64,000 nt of DNA from an uncultured candidate division WWE3 bacterium (GTDB taxonomy: Bacteria > Patescibacteriota > WWE3 > UBA101185 > UBA10185): positions 5,389-69,388 of the forward strand of contig CBFDCV010000001.1 in the NCBI GenBank assembly GCA_965603395.1, in the 5' to 3' direction. The stretch's first letter is position 1. Each line of letters begins with the position of its first letter. Below are positions 39,485-50,388 of the stretch, piece by piece. Position numbers and translations under genes: made by a program. The notes beneath the pieces were generated by a model. The model was not told where the DNA came from. It did no database searches and was given only the letters and a program-made list of their open reading frames with translations.

Positions 39485-39940
39485 ATGTTATTTTGGATTA
39501 CAACTACGGCATACTTATGGGCTGTCATTGTAGTTTTCATTAAATTAGGGAATAGGGCTAAGCAACGATACGAGAAGCAAAACTTCTCAACCTTTGACTA
39601 TATTGTCAGATTTGAGTTACCACATTATACTGCAACCTTCGTTTTATTTTTTGGATGGAGTTTTCTTATGGACGCATTTACCATAAGGGAGGTTCCTTAT
39701 TCAATGCTAAGTACGATATTCCCTATTCTAAGCTTAATCCTAATGGCAGGAATTGGTTATCAGGAAACGAGTAGTATGTACGCTTCCTTACGCAAAGAAG
39801 CAAAGCTTGGGGGAGATGCGGGGGTAGCTGACCTGACAAAGTATTTCGCTAGAAGCTCTGGAGGTCTTTTTGTACTATCTGTAGCTTTTATAATACTTGG
39901 AAAGCTTGCTTGCATAAGCCTAGTCCTTCTTTTAACCTGA
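39485..39940 (+). CDS. Hypothetical membrane protein (stand-alone cassette)
   Basis: SD AGGAGG; own putative promoter and terminator; about 4 TMs. Confidence 0.65.
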   Translation: MLFWITTTAYLWAVIVVFIKLGNRAKQRYEKQNFSTFDYIVRFELPHYTATFVLFFGWSFLMDAFTIREVPYSMLSTIFPILSLILMAGIGYQETSSMYASLRKEAKLGGDAGVADLTKYFARSSGGLFVLSVAFIILGKLACISLVLLLT

Positions 39941-39954
39941 GAAACCGCCCACAT

Positions 39955-40002
39955 GGGAAAACGATTTTTTATTCACCACTAAATCGTTTTCCCTTCTTTT
40001 TT
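39955..40002 (+). terminator. Rho-independent terminator
   Basis: GGGAAAACGATTT...AAATCGTTTTCCC perfect 13-bp stem followed by a T-rich run. Confidence 0.8.
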
Positions 40003-40016
40003 GCTACAATCCCCTT

Positions 40017-41819
40017 ATGCAACAAGGCAATATTCGAAACTTTTGTATCATAGCCCACATAGACCACGGCAAGTCCACCTTGGCGGATAGGTTTTTGGAG
40101 ATCACTAAAACTGTAGAAAAAAGAAAACTCAAAGAAAGAACCTTGGACACTATGGAGCTCGAGCAGGAAAAAGGCATCACCATAAAACTAAAGGCCGTCA
40201 CCATGGACTATGAACTAAATGGTGAGAAATATCAGCTTAATCTAATAGACACGCCCGGACATGTAGATTTTTCTTATGAGGTTTCCAGATCGCTCGCTGC
40301 TTGTGAAGGAGCCATACTCGTAGTCGATGCCAGCCAAGGCATTCAGGCACAGACCGTTTCAAATGTCTACAAAGCCTTGGAGGCAAACCTAACTATCATT
40401 CCTGTACTAAATAAAATTGATTTACCAAATGCAAGCTTAGATGAAGTTAAAAAAGACCTTGTTGATACTTTCGGTTTTAATCATGATGAAGTTCTGCAGG
40501 TCTCAGCTAAAACAGGTGAGGGTGCGGAGGACCTGCTTGATGCTGTAGTAGAAAAAGTTCCTCCCCCAAGCGGAAGTGTTAATAAGCCCGCCCGGGCTCT
40601 GATCTTTGATACATTCTACGACGACTTCCTGGGAGTCATCGCCGCTATAAAAATGGTTGACGGTCAGTTTATCGATAATGATTTTAAGAATGGCAAAAAA
40701 GTTAAATTTCTCGCTACGGGAGCTGTCACCAAACCTGAAGGTTTGGGAATATTCAAACCGTCTAGAGTAAGCCGAGAAACAATAACTGCCGGGGAAGTTG
40801 GTTTTGTCTCAACCGGATTAAAAGAAATTAAAAAAGTTAAAGTGGGAGATACTATTGCCCTAGCAGAGAGTGGCCCTAAACCACTTCCTGGTTATAAGGA
40901 AATAAAGCCCTTTGTGTTTGTCTCAATATTTCCTACCCAAAATGATAGATTCACAAACCTTAGAATCGCATTAGAAAAACTAGCTCTTTCTGATTCTTCT
41001 TTAAGCTTCGAACCGGAAACTAGCACCGCTCTAGGATTTGGTTTTAGATGCGGCTTTTTAGGACTACTCCATGCTGACATTATTCAGGAACGCCTTGAAA
41101 GAGAGTACGATCTTGATCTAATTTCCACCACGCCAACCGTAGAATATAAGATCACCACTACCCGAGATGAAACCTTGTGGATAAAATCAGCCGCGGACTT
41201 TCCCAATCCGTCCAGAATCAAACAGGTAGAAGAGCCTTGGATATTAACAAACATTGTTTCTCCTGCAAAATATGTGGGAGGCATCATACCTTTGTGCGAA
41301 GAGAGAAGAGGAATCATGATAAAAATGGAGTACCCTTCCGAAAGTAGGGTGGTTTTTGAATACGAGCTCCCTTTATCAGAACTTGTTTACAATTTTTACG
41401 ATGACTTAAAAACAGCCACCTCAGGTTACGCCAGCTTAGATTACGAAATCACCAACTACAAACCTGCCAAGGTAGCCAAGCTAGATATATTAGTCCACGG
41501 TGAGGTTGTCCCTCCACTTTCACACATTGTACTAAAAGAGAAAGCGGACCCTGCCGGCAGAGCTCTTCTCAAGAAACTCAAAGACGTCATACCTAGACAG
41601 CAATATAAAGTATCTCTACAAGCTGCCATAGGAGGAAAAATTATTGCTAGAGAAGATATTCCAGCGGTAAGAAAAAATGTTTTAGCCGGTATTTACGGAG
41701 GACATAGAGATAGAAAAGACAAACTACTAGAACGCCAGAAAAAAGGTAAGGACAGGCTAAAAAGGATAGGAAAAATAGATATTCCTCAGGAAGCTTTCAG
41801 GCAGGTATTGAAAAGTTAA
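40017..41819 (+). CDS. lepA: Elongation factor 4 (LepA)
   Basis: IRNFCIIAHIDHGKSTLADR, GFRCGFLGLLH, IPQEAF. Confidence 0.98.
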   Translation: MQQGNIRNFCIIAHIDHGKSTLADRFLEITKTVEKRKLKERTLDTMELEQEKGITIKLKAVTMDYELNGEKYQLNLIDTPGHVDFSYEVSRSLAACEGAILVVDASQGIQAQTVSNVYKALEANLTIIPVLNKIDLPNASLDEVKKDLVDTFGFNHDEVLQVSAKTGEGAEDLLDAVVEKVPPPSGSVNKPARALIFDTFYDDFLGVIAAIKMVDGQFIDNDFKNGKKVKFLATGAVTKPEGLGIFKPSRVSRETITAGEVGFVSTGLKEIKKVKVGDTIALAESGPKPLPGYKEIKPFVFVSIFPTQNDRFTNLRIALEKLALSDSSLSFEPETSTALGFGFRCGFLGLLHADIIQERLEREYDLDLISTTPTVEYKITTTRDETLWIKSAADFPNPSRIKQVEEPWILTNIVSPAKYVGGIIPLCEERRGIMIKMEYPSESRVVFEYELPLSELVYNFYDDLKTATSGYASLDYEITNYKPAKVAKLDILVHGEVVPPLSHIVLKEKADPAGRALLKKLKDVIPRQQYKVSLQAAIGGKIIAREDIPAVRKNVLAGIYGGHRDRKDKLLERQKKGKDRLKRIGKIDIPQEAFRQVLKS

Positions 41820-41844
41820 GGCTCGCTGTTTAATATCAACTTAT

Positions 41845-42495
41845 ATGTTCATCATTATGCTAGGTGCTCCTGGAGCCGGCAAAGGCACACAGGCAAAAAT
41901 ATTAACTAATAAACTGGGCATTCCTCAAATATCTACCGGTGACCTATTCAGAGACGAGATGAAACATGAAACAAAACTGGGACAACAAATCACGTACCTT
42001 ATGAACAGCGGTCAATTAGTGCCTGATAAAACCACCATGGAGGTCTTCAAACAAAGAATTTCCCAACAGGACTGTCAAAACGGTGCTGTTTTAGACGGTA
42101 TTCCCCGCACCATTATGCAAGCTAAAATCTTAGATTTATTACTCAAAGAGTTAGACAAACCACTAGACCACGTACTTTATATTAAACTTCCTGAAGATGA
42201 AATTATGAAAAGGCTGTCAGGCAGGTGGACATGCAAAAAATGCGGTCATATCTACCACGAAGAGTACAACCCTCCTAAAACTCCCTATATCTGTGACATT
42301 GACCAAAGCCCCCTTTACCAAAGAGAGGATCAAAAAAAAGAGGCCATTGAAGAAAGAATAAAAGTTTACCGGGAGCGCACTGAGCCGCTGATAAGTTACT
42401 ACCAAGTGCAGAGTTTACTCATAGAAATAGATGGACAACATACCATAGAAAAAGTAAGTGCCGACATATTCGAAAAACTTAATCTCAAAGCTTGA
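41845..42495 (+). CDS. adk: Adenylate kinase (Zn-lid type)
   Basis: GAPGAGKGTQ, STGD, LDGIPRT, CKKC...CDID. Confidence 0.97.
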   Translation: MFIIMLGAPGAGKGTQAKILTNKLGIPQISTGDLFRDEMKHETKLGQQITYLMNSGQLVPDKTTMEVFKQRISQQDCQNGAVLDGIPRTIMQAKILDLLLKELDKPLDHVLYIKLPEDEIMKRLSGRWTCKKCGHIYHEEYNPPKTPYICDIDQSPLYQREDQKKEAIEERIKVYRERTEPLISYYQVQSLLIEIDGQHTIEKVSADIFEKLNLKA

Positions 42496-42527
42496 CATTT
42501 TTATCACTCCATCTATAATACTGCTAG
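42492..42527 (+). promoter_or_regulatory. hrcA-grpE-dnaK promoter with a degenerate CIRCE
   Basis: TTGACA(42492)-16 nt-TATAAT(42514); TTATCACTC-N9-TACTGCTAG at 42501-42527 overlaps the -10. Confidence 0.7.
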
Positions 42528-42528
42528 A

Positions 42529-43251
42529 ATGATTTCTGAAAGACAAATAAAACTGTTAAATGCCATCATTAGTGAGTATGTAAACACCGCCGAACCGGTG
42601 GGTTCAGTAGAAGTAGTAAAAAAATATAACTTTAAATATTCTCCCGCCACAGCCAGAAACGAAATGGCCAGATTGCTTGACCTGGGCTTTTTGGAAATGA
42701 TGCACACTTCTTCCGGCAGGGTACCTACTGCCATGGCTTATAGGCTTTTCTTAGACCAAATCATGCAAGAAGAAGAAATGCCTGTATTACAGGAAGTTGC
42801 CATGAAGCAAAGACTTTGGCCCAGCAGATTCGAGTTTGATAGGCTTTTACGACAGGCCGTTGTTTCATTATCAGAAAACGTTAAAGAAATGGCTATAGGT
42901 ACTTCTAACGATGGTTATATAACAAGCGCCGGTATGGTAAATATTTTAGATCACAAAGAATTCTGGGACATTGACGTAGCCAGAACTGCTTTAAATTTAT
43001 TAGACAGGCACGAATTGCTGGAAGAGATTTTCAAAAAGTCCCCCTATGGAAATGAGGTTAGAACTGTTATCGGTACAGAAATAGGCATTGAAAACCTGGA
43101 AAACTGCGCTTTTGTTTTCTCTTCTTATCAGGCTGGTAACAAAAACGGTTTTGTGGGAATATTCGGTCCGGCTAGAATGAAATATGAAAGCGCTATCCCT
43201 GCAGTCAGATATACAAAAAATCTCATCGAAGAATTAGGAGAATCCTGGTAA
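42529..43251 (+). CDS. hrcA: Heat-inducible transcription repressor HrcA (short form)
   Basis: EPVGS, SPATARNEM, HTSSGRVPT, GPARMKY. Confidence 0.95.
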   Translation: MISERQIKLLNAIISEYVNTAEPVGSVEVVKKYNFKYSPATARNEMARLLDLGFLEMMHTSSGRVPTAMAYRLFLDQIMQEEEMPVLQEVAMKQRLWPSRFEFDRLLRQAVVSLSENVKEMAIGTSNDGYITSAGMVNILDHKEFWDIDVARTALNLLDRHELLEEIFKKSPYGNEVRTVIGTEIGIENLENCAFVFSSYQAGNKNGFVGIFGPARMKYESAIPAVRYTKNLIEELGESW

Positions 43252-43266
43252 TTCCAAAAATCTATT

Positions 43267-43740
43267 ATGGATAAAAGACCAAGTAAAAATAAAAAGGTGG
43301 ATAAAAATTTGGACCGAATTAAAGAATTAGAAACCAGGCTTTTGGAAATGGAGGAAAACTGGAAAAGAGCCTTAGCGGATTATAAGAATTTAGAAAAAAG
43401 GTCGGCTCAAGAAAAAATAGTTTTGGTAGATTTTGCCAACATTGTTTTAATAGAAAACATGTTGCCAATTTTAGATAACTTTGTCATGCTGGAAAATCAT
43501 ACGGAAGATGTAGGTATAAAAATGTCTATTAAAGAATTTGTAAATGTGTTGGAAAACTCAGGCCTAAAAGAGATCAAGGTAACCAAAGGGGATGAGTTCG
43601 ATCCGAATTTAATGGACGCAGTTGATTCCGGACAAGGTCAAAAGAACAAGATCGTAGAGATAGTCCGAGCAGGATACAGCTTTAGAGATAAATTGATCAG
43701 GCCGGTAAGTGTAAAAGTTGGCCAGGGCAAGAAAGCCTAG
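43267..43740 (+). CDS. grpE: Nucleotide exchange factor GrpE
   Basis: RALADYKN, LPILDN, FDPN, GY...IRP.SVKV; lies between hrcA and dnaK. Confidence 0.93.
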   Translation: MDKRPSKNKKVDKNLDRIKELETRLLEMEENWKRALADYKNLEKRSAQEKIVLVDFANIVLIENMLPILDNFVMLENHTEDVGIKMSIKEFVNVLENSGLKEIKVTKGDEFDPNLMDAVDSGQGQKNKIVEIVRAGYSFRDKLIRPVSVKVGQGKKA

Positions 43741-43761
43741 GCCCAAAAAAGGATAAATTAA

Positions 43762-45660
43762 ATGAGTAAGATCATAGGAATAGATCTAGGAACAACTAAC
43801 AGTGCTATGGCCGTTATGGAAAGCGGCCAATCAAAAATAATTGCAAACGCTGAGGGAGGAAACACAACTCCTTCTGTAGTAGCTGCAGAAGCTAACTTGG
43901 TGGGCGTGTCCGCAAAAAGACAGCAAGTGGTAAATCCCAGAGGTACAGTTTTTAGCGTTAAAAGATTAATGGGGATGAAATACAATAGCCCGGAAGTGCA
44001 AAGGCTAAAAAAGGACTACCCTTATGAAATAATCGAAGGTAAAAATGGCATGGCTGCCGTAAAAGTAGATGACAAAGTTTATACTCCGCAAGAAATATCA
44101 GCCAAGATACTAGTCAAATTAAAAACCGATGCCGAAACTTATCTAGGCGGTAAAGTTACGGAAGCTGTTATTACAGTTCCTGCATACTTTAACGATTCCC
44201 AAAGAACCGCCACCAAAGAGGCAGGAAAAATTGCCGGCTTGGTAGTAAAAAGAATTATTAATGAGCCCACAGCTGCTTCCTTATCATACGGTTTAGAAAA
44301 AAAGAAAAATGAAACTATAGCTGTTTATGATCTAGGCGGTGGAACATTTGATGTTTCTATCCTGGAAATTGGCGAAGGCGTTTTTGAAGTTAAATCTACC
44401 AACGGAGATACTCACTTAGGCGGAGATGACTTTGATAAAAAAATCATCGATTGGTTGCTGGCTGAATTCAAATCTGAGCAAGGCGTTGACCTATCAGCTG
44501 ACAGACAAGCCATGCAAAGACTAAAAGATGCCGCCGAGAAAGCTAAGATAGAGCTGTCTTCAACTATGGAAACCGAAATTAACATTCCTTTTATTACCGC
44601 TGATGCCACCGGACCTAAGCATTTAAATACCAAGCTTTCCAGAGCAAAACTTGAACAGCTGGTTGATGAGTTAGTACAAAAGACCATTAAACCGATGGAA
44701 AACGCCATGAAAGACGCCGGCATACAAAAATCGGAAATAGATGAGGTAGTAATGGTGGGAGGTATGACCAGAATGCCTAAGATAAATGAGGTTGTGAAAA
44801 AGTTTTATGGCAAGGATCCCCACAAAGGCATCAACCCGGATGAAGTGGTAGCTTTGGGAGCTGCTATTCAGGGCGGTGTGTTGGGCGGAGACGTGAAAGA
44901 TGTGCTCTTGCTGGATGTAACCCCTCTAACTTTAGGTATAGAAACTCTAGGCGGGGTGAGTACTTCCCTTATTAAAAGAAACACCACCATTCCTACTAAC
45001 GCTTCACAGGTGTTTAGCACCGCTGCAGATAGTCAAACTTCTGTAGAAATAAACATTCTGCAAGGGGAAAGAGAAATGGCTTTAGATAATAAGAGTTTGG
45101 GCCGATTTATCCTAGACGGCCTTCCTCCGGCACCTAGAGGAGTGCCGCAAGTAGAAGTCTCCTTTGATATTGATGCCAACGGTATTTTGAACGTGAGCGC
45201 CAAAGATAAAGCTTCAGGGAAAGAACAAAAAATCACTGTGCAAGGTGGGGCCGGATTAAGCGATGATGAGATCAACAATATGGTCAAAGATGCTGAATCT
45301 CACGCCGAAGAAGACAAAAAGAAAAAAGAATTAGTGGAGGCTAAAAATAACGCTGACAACCTGTGCTACACCGCTGAAAAGTCGTTAAAAGATGCCGGAG
45401 ACAAAGTGCCTGAAAATATAAGATCAGACATAGAAGGCAAAGCAAAGGCTCTAAAAGATATCATTCAGACCGGCACTGTGGAAGACCTGCAGGCAAAATC
45501 GAAAGAATTATCAGACAGCTTGCTAAAAATAGGTGAGCATATGTATAAAGGTCAGGATGGACCACAAGCAGGTCCGGAACAAACCGGAGATAAACCAAAA
45601 GACAAGAATAAAAAAGACGAGCCTGAAGACACCGTAGAAGGCGAAGTTGTCGAAGAATAA
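43762..45660 (+). CDS. dnaK: Chaperone DnaK
   Basis: [26 protein letters not shown]. Confidence 0.99.
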   Translation: MSKIIGIDLGTTNSAMAVMESGQSKIIANAEGGNTTPSVVAAEANLVGVSAKRQQVVNPRGTVFSVKRLMGMKYNSPEVQRLKKDYPYEIIEGKNGMAAVKVDDKVYTPQEISAKILVKLKTDAETYLGGKVTEAVITVPAYFNDSQRTATKEAGKIAGLVVKRIINEPTAASLSYGLEKKKNETIAVYDLGGGTFDVSILEIGEGVFEVKSTNGDTHLGGDDFDKKIIDWLLAEFKSEQGVDLSADRQAMQRLKDAAEKAKIELSSTMETEINIPFITADATGPKHLNTKLSRAKLEQLVDELVQKTIKPMENAMKDAGIQKSEIDEVVMVGGMTRMPKINEVVKKFYGKDPHKGINPDEVVALGAAIQGGVLGGDVKDVLLLDVTPLTLGIETLGGVSTSLIKRNTTIPTNASQVFSTAADSQTSVEINILQGEREMALDNKSLGRFILDGLPPAPRGVPQVEVSFDIDANGILNVSAKDKASGKEQKITVQGGAGLSDDEINNMVKDAESHAEEDKKKKELVEAKNNADNLCYTAEKSLKDAGDKVPENIRSDIEGKAKALKDIIQTGTVEDLQAKSKELSDSLLKIGEHMYKGQDGPQAGPEQTGDKPKDKNKKDEPEDTVEGEVVEE

Positions 45661-45693
45661 ACCTATTTATTGTATACTAAAGTCACTGCCCGT

Positions 45694-45927
45694 ATGGACT
45701 TACAAGTAATACTCATCTTCATACTAGCTATACTAACCGTCGCCTTGGTAGGTATTGGTGTTTATGTGATCCTGGTTTTAAAAGAACTTAGGGAAACTAT
45801 CAAAAAAGCTAATCTTATAATTGATGACGTGGAGACTCTCACCAACATAGTCTCCAACCCACTAAACCTTATTTCGGGTGCTATTAGTGGATTTAAAGCA
45901 ATAAAAAATTTACAAAAGGAGGAATAA
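45694..45927 (+). CDS. YoxC/DUF948-like single-TM protein
   Basis: TM plus amphipathic helix, directly upstream of a YtxH-like gene. Confidence 0.55.
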   Translation: MDLQVILIFILAILTVALVGIGVYVILVLKELRETIKKANLIIDDVETLTNIVSNPLNLISGAISGFKAIKNLQKEE

Positions 45928-45929
45928 CT

Positions 45930-46274
45930 ATGTGCAGTAGCAAAAAAGATTTTGCCAAAGGAGCTTTTTTTGGAGCGGCTATCGGTGCAGTAATAGGTTT
46001 TTTAACAGCGCCTGCTTCAGGAGAAGAAACCAGAAAAAAACTAAAAGATGGCTCAGAAAAATACTTGGACGAAGGCAAAGATAAGCTGGAAGAACTAAAA
46101 ACAGAAGGCCAGAAAAAAGTAGCTGAGCTAAAAGATGAAGCGGAGATAAAAGCTGAAGAGGTAAAAGAAAAAGTATACGAAGCTGTAGAAGAAATATTGG
46201 AAGAAACCACAAACAAGGTTAAGAAAAACTCGCCAAAAAAATCAGACAAAAAGCAGCAGTTCGAAGGCGTATAA
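45930..46274 (+). CDS. YtxH-domain protein
   Basis: FxxGAxxGAAIGAxxGxLTAPASGEETR signature; SD AAGGAGG. Confidence 0.85.
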   Translation: MCSSKKDFAKGAFFGAAIGAVIGFLTAPASGEETRKKLKDGSEKYLDEGKDKLEELKTEGQKKVAELKDEAEIKAEEVKEKVYEAVEEILEETTNKVKKNSPKKSDKKQQFEGV

Positions 46275-46321
46275 TAGCAAAAACAGCCAAAAAATCCTTG
46301 GGATGCTAAAATATTCTCAGT

Positions 46322-46723
46322 ATGAATAATCTGCCACCGGATCCCAATCAACCAATCTCTTCTCCTATTGATCCCGGTTCTTCGGGCTCTACTATTAAAG
46401 GTTCTGAAGGCGGTGTTTTTCCGGAAAGTGCTTCTGTGCCTGAAACGCCGTCATCTCCTGAAACTCAAACTTCCCCGGAGATCCAAAAATTACCGGAAAA
46501 ATTAACGGGACCCATACCGAAAACCGCACAAGCCGCCCCTCCTTTAGAAGTTCCAAAAAACGGCGCCGTTGAGCCTACTCAAATACCAAACATAGTGGAC
46601 AAAACAGACCAGCTAACCACCTTGCATGAGATCAAAGCGCCTAAAGACAAGCTAACCGAAGAGGCCGACGAAGAAGAGGAACATTTTATCGAGGAGGTTG
46701 AAAAGCACCATGGAGACCTTTGA
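46322..46723 (+). CDS. Pro/Ser-rich, probably disordered hypothetical protein with an acidic C-terminal helix
   Basis: ORF overlaps the start of the downstream ATPase gene. Confidence 0.65.
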   Translation: MNNLPPDPNQPISSPIDPGSSGSTIKGSEGGVFPESASVPETPSSPETQTSPEIQKLPEKLTGPIPKTAQAAPPLEVPKNGAVEPTQIPNIVDKTDQLTTLHEIKAPKDKLTEEADEEEEHFIEEVEKHHGDL

Positions 46724-49142
46724 CGTGGTTTTCGATTCATTTTGGACTGTTCTCTATTTGATCATTCTCATTGGACTTCTTGCCGGCTTTTTCTTAATCA
46801 TTGCTGCGGCCAAAAGAAAAAGGTCTATTAAAACGCACGAGTTTGATCTCACTTTCTTACAAATTATGCTACCTAAAGATAATGAAACTGAGGTAGACGC
46901 AGCTGAACACCTTTTTTCAAACTTAGCAGGGCTTAAAAAATCTTTTTTTAAAAGGCTTTTCACTGGAGATTTCCGTCTATCCTTTGAAATCGTATCAAAA
47001 GTGGAGGGTATAGGTTTCTATGTAGTAGTGCCCGATGAGATAGCCGGCTTTGTGGAAAAACAGATAAATGGCGTTTACCCTGACGCAGAAATCGATGTAG
47101 TTAATCCCAATGAGGTATGGGATAGAGGTAATTTCACCAAAGTATCAGAGTTCAAATTCAAAGGATACCCATACTCACCATTAAAAACTCATGAAGATAT
47201 TAAAACTGACCCCCTCAACCTTATTACCTCGTCTATGAGCAAATTGGATAAGGATGAGGTACTGGCTGTGCAGTATATCATTACGCCGGCCGGCAGCTCT
47301 TGGCGCAAAGCAGGTCAAAAGTATGTGAACGCTATCAGGTCCAAAGTTCAAGATGCAGAAAAGAAATATCATGTGGATGAGAAATATTTGGAAAAAATCG
47401 AAAAAAAGATAGCTGCTCCAGGTTTTGATACTGCTATCAGAGTAGTATCCATATCAAAAAACGCGCAAACAGCCCAGGCACATATCAACAATGTTGTGTC
47501 TACTTTTGAGCAATTTGCAGATGTAAATCACAACAAATTAGTTTTGAGAAAGTCTTTATTAAGTGGTTTACTATCAAAAAAACTTGTCGACAATTTCATC
47601 TACCGGAAAATGAGCTTGCGAGAACTTACCATCCCTCTCTTGGATCTAACTTTTTATAAAAACATGCCTGTTTTAAATACTGAGGAGTTGGCTACCGTTT
47701 TTCACTTTCCTAATAAAGATGTGCAAACCCCAAAGATTATCCGACTCACTTCCAGAAAATCAGCGGCTCCTGCCAACCTACCTACTCAAAAAGATGGTAT
47801 TTGGATTGGTGAGAGTTCCTTCAGGGGTGTTAAGACTCCTGTTTACCTGAAAGAAGAAGATCGTACCCGTCACTTTTACATTTTGGGACAAACAGGTACC
47901 GGTAAATCCGAGCTCCTAAAGTACATGGCATTACAGGATATAAAAAATGGTGAGGGCGTTGCTCTCATAGACCCTCACGGTACTGACGTACAAGACCTTC
48001 TTACAAAAATACCACCGGAAAGGGTGGACGATACTATATACTTCAATGTTTCAGATACAGGGCGCCCCATGGGCTTAAATCTTTTGGAACACCACAATGA
48101 AGAAGAGCAACATATCATCATAAATTCTTTTATCGCTTTGTTATATAAACTGTACGATCCCAATAGGCAAGGCATTATGGGACCTCAGTTAGAGAGGGCT
48201 ATAAGAAACGTCATGCTCACCGCTATGGTAGACAAACACAGCACTATAGTAGATGTCTTAAGGCTATTAATAGATGCACCTTATTCTAAAAAGTTCGTGG
48301 CTAAAGTTACTGATCCCCTGGTTAAAAAGTACTGGACCGATGAAATGGCCAAAACTTCCGACTTCCATAAAAGTGAAAAGATGGGCTACTTTGTCTCAAA
48401 GTTCGATCGGTTTGTGACTGATAAATTAATGAGAAATATATTAGGGCAACCAAAGTCTTCCTTTAATTTAGCTGATGTCATGGCTCAAAAGAAAATACTG
48501 TTGGTGGATCTTGCCAAAGGTAAAATAGGTGAAGAAAATTCCAGCTTTTTGGGACTTATACTTGTCCCCAAAATCCTTGGAGCAGCATTAGCCAGACACC
48601 GCCTGCTAGAGCAGGGCCAACCCTTCCCTAACTTTTATTTATACGTAGATGAATTCCAAAATTTTGCCACTCCTGACTTTACCACTATTCTTTCCGAAGC
48701 TAGAAAATATAAATTGAACCTTACTGTGGCCCATCAGTTCATAGAACAACTTCCGGATGACATCAGGGAAGCTGTTTTTGGAAACGTAGGATCCCTTTGT
48801 ACCTTCAGAGTTGGCGCAAATGATGCCGAGTTTCTGGAACACTACTATGAGCCCGTTTTTACAAAACAAGACATAGGAAACCTGCCTATAGGAAACGCCT
48901 ACGTCAGGCTGTTGGTTGACGGCCACCCCACCCCTCCTTTCTCCATGAACGTGCCCTGGAAAACTATCGATACTGACGTACCCAAAAACCAAGAGGTAGC
49001 AAACAAGATCAAAGAACAATCAAGATTAAAATACGGTGTGCCGGTAAAAGAGGTTGAAGAATACATTAATCTTAGAGCCGGTTTCAATGAGTCTCCCCCA
49101 GAGATAAATAAGAAACCCGAGAAAAAGAAAATCCCTTTTTAA
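46710..49142 (+). CDS. VirD4/TraD/HerA-like membrane-anchored P-loop ATPase
   Basis: RHFYILGQTGTGKS (Walker A), IDPHG, YVDEFQNF (Walker B), EARKY, AHQ, GN; N-terminal TM; SD GAGGAGG. Confidence 0.88.
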   Translation: METFDVVFDSFWTVLYLIILIGLLAGFFLIIAAAKRKRSIKTHEFDLTFLQIMLPKDNETEVDAAEHLFSNLAGLKKSFFKRLFTGDFRLSFEIVSKVEGIGFYVVVPDEIAGFVEKQINGVYPDAEIDVVNPNEVWDRGNFTKVSEFKFKGYPYSPLKTHEDIKTDPLNLITSSMSKLDKDEVLAVQYIITPAGSSWRKAGQKYVNAIRSKVQDAEKKYHVDEKYLEKIEKKIAAPGFDTAIRVVSISKNAQTAQAHINNVVSTFEQFADVNHNKLVLRKSLLSGLLSKKLVDNFIYRKMSLRELTIPLLDLTFYKNMPVLNTEELATVFHFPNKDVQTPKIIRLTSRKSAAPANLPTQKDGIWIGESSFRGVKTPVYLKEEDRTRHFYILGQTGTGKSELLKYMALQDIKNGEGVALIDPHGTDVQDLLTKIPPERVDDTIYFNVSDTGRPMGLNLLEHHNEEEQHIIINSFIALLYKLYDPNRQGIMGPQLERAIRNVMLTAMVDKHSTIVDVLRLLIDAPYSKKFVAKVTDPLVKKYWTDEMAKTSDFHKSEKMGYFVSKFDRFVTDKLMRNILGQPKSSFNLADVMAQKKILLVDLAKGKIGEENSSFLGLILVPKILGAALARHRLLEQGQPFPNFYLYVDEFQNFATPDFTTILSEARKYKLNLTVAHQFIEQLPDDIREAVFGNVGSLCTFRVGANDAEFLEHYYEPVFTKQDIGNLPIGNAYVRLLVDGHPTPPFSMNVPWKTIDTDVPKNQEVANKIKEQSRLKYGVPVKEVEEYINLRAGFNESPPEINKKPEKKKIPF

Positions 49143-49191
49143 CTGTAGTACAGGCCGCAAATTTAGTTATGTTTAATGTATAATCGAGTTA

Positions 49192-50388
49192 ATGATCAAG
49201 CTGCCATTTTTTAAAAAAGCTACTAAAAAGACACCAAAATTTATCACTTTGGATATAGGTTCGAGCGGTATTAGGTGCTTAGCTTTCTATAAAGAGGATG
49301 GAAGCCTCAAAATTATAGGCAGAGGGAATGCCGCGCTTGATGCGGGTGCCGTTAGAAACGGCGTCATTATTGATTTTGGTCCGGTTGCCGCTGCGGCTCA
49401 AGAAGCCATTGATGTTGCCACTCAAAACGCAGAGGATGTCATCAAAAATACCATTATAGGCATTAGCAGCGATGTCTGCATAGAGAACGTAACTACAGCA
49501 AAAATAACCAGGGGTTCAACTAAGCCCATTACGCTTAAAGAGGTTGAAAACTTTAACCAGAAAATTGCTGATTCCGCCACCATACAAGTACAAGATTACT
49601 ACTCCCAATTCAAAGGTGACCCGGACACCGAACTACAAATGATCACATCATCCGTAGTTTATACCAAGCTTGATGATAACAAGGTTGACACATTAGAAAA
49701 ACAAGACGGGCAATCGGTCGAAATGGCACTATATACAGCTTTTTGTCCTGTACACCATATCGAAACCGTTCAAAAACTCGGTAAAAAGTTAAAAATTAAT
49801 ATACTAGCTATAAGCCCGGTCAACTTTGCCGTGCTAAAAACGTTGAAACAAACCGAACTGGAAAGCAGTGATCTAGTTTTGATACAGGTAGGATCCGATT
49901 TTACTAATGTGGGAGTTGTCTTTGGCGGAGCCATTATTAAAAATAAAAGCCTCCATATTGGTCATAAGCATTTTACCGATGAGATCAGCCGTATCATGGG
50001 GCTGACCCAAATCGAAGCTACAAAAGTATTGCAGACTCACTCACGCGGGGCACTAAGTCCAAGTGAAAGTGTGGTGGTACAAAGCTGTTTGGAAGATGTA
50101 TTAAACCTCTGGCTTGAGGGGGTAGAGCTTCTTTTTACTGATTTTGCAGGTGTAAAGACATTTGCCCCTCACGTGTTTCTCTTCGGTGAGGGCGTACAAC
50201 TACAGGAAATCGAAGAAATGCTAGCAAAAGAGCCCTGGATGAAAAATATTCCCTTTAAGTCTCCTCCCAAAATCCAGGTCTTATCATTGGTAGATATGAA
50301 AAAGGTTGCAGACGCTACCGGCTCGGTGATTTCACAAGAATGGGTTCCTCCAGCGGCACTATCTTATATTTATGAGGAAGTAGCATGA
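49192..50388 (+). CDS. FtsA/PilM-like actin-fold ATPase
   Basis: LDIGSS phosphate-1 motif, GVIIDF, IQVGSDFT, IG...FT. Confidence 0.75.
   Translation: MIKLPFFKKATKKTPKFITLDIGSSGIRCLAFYKEDGSLKIIGRGNAALDAGAVRNGVIIDFGPVAAAAQEAIDVATQNAEDVIKNTIIGISSDVCIENVTTAKITRGSTKPITLKEVENFNQKIADSATIQVQDYYSQFKGDPDTELQMITSSVVYTKLDDNKVDTLEKQDGQSVEMALYTAFCPVHHIETVQKLGKKLKINILAISPVNFAVLKTLKQTELESSDLVLIQVGSDFTNVGVVFGGAIIKNKSLHIGHKHFTDEISRIMGLTQIEATKVLQTHSRGALSPSESVVVQSCLEDVLNLWLEGVELLFTDFAGVKTFAPHVFLFGEGVQLQEIEEMLAKEPWMKNIPFKSPPKIQVLSLVDMKKVADATGSVISQEWVPPAALSYIYEEVA

Noticed and set aside
46710-49142. Conjugative element or ICE
   Set aside because: No relaxase, VirB core, integrase or att repeats; the gene sits in core context after dnaK.
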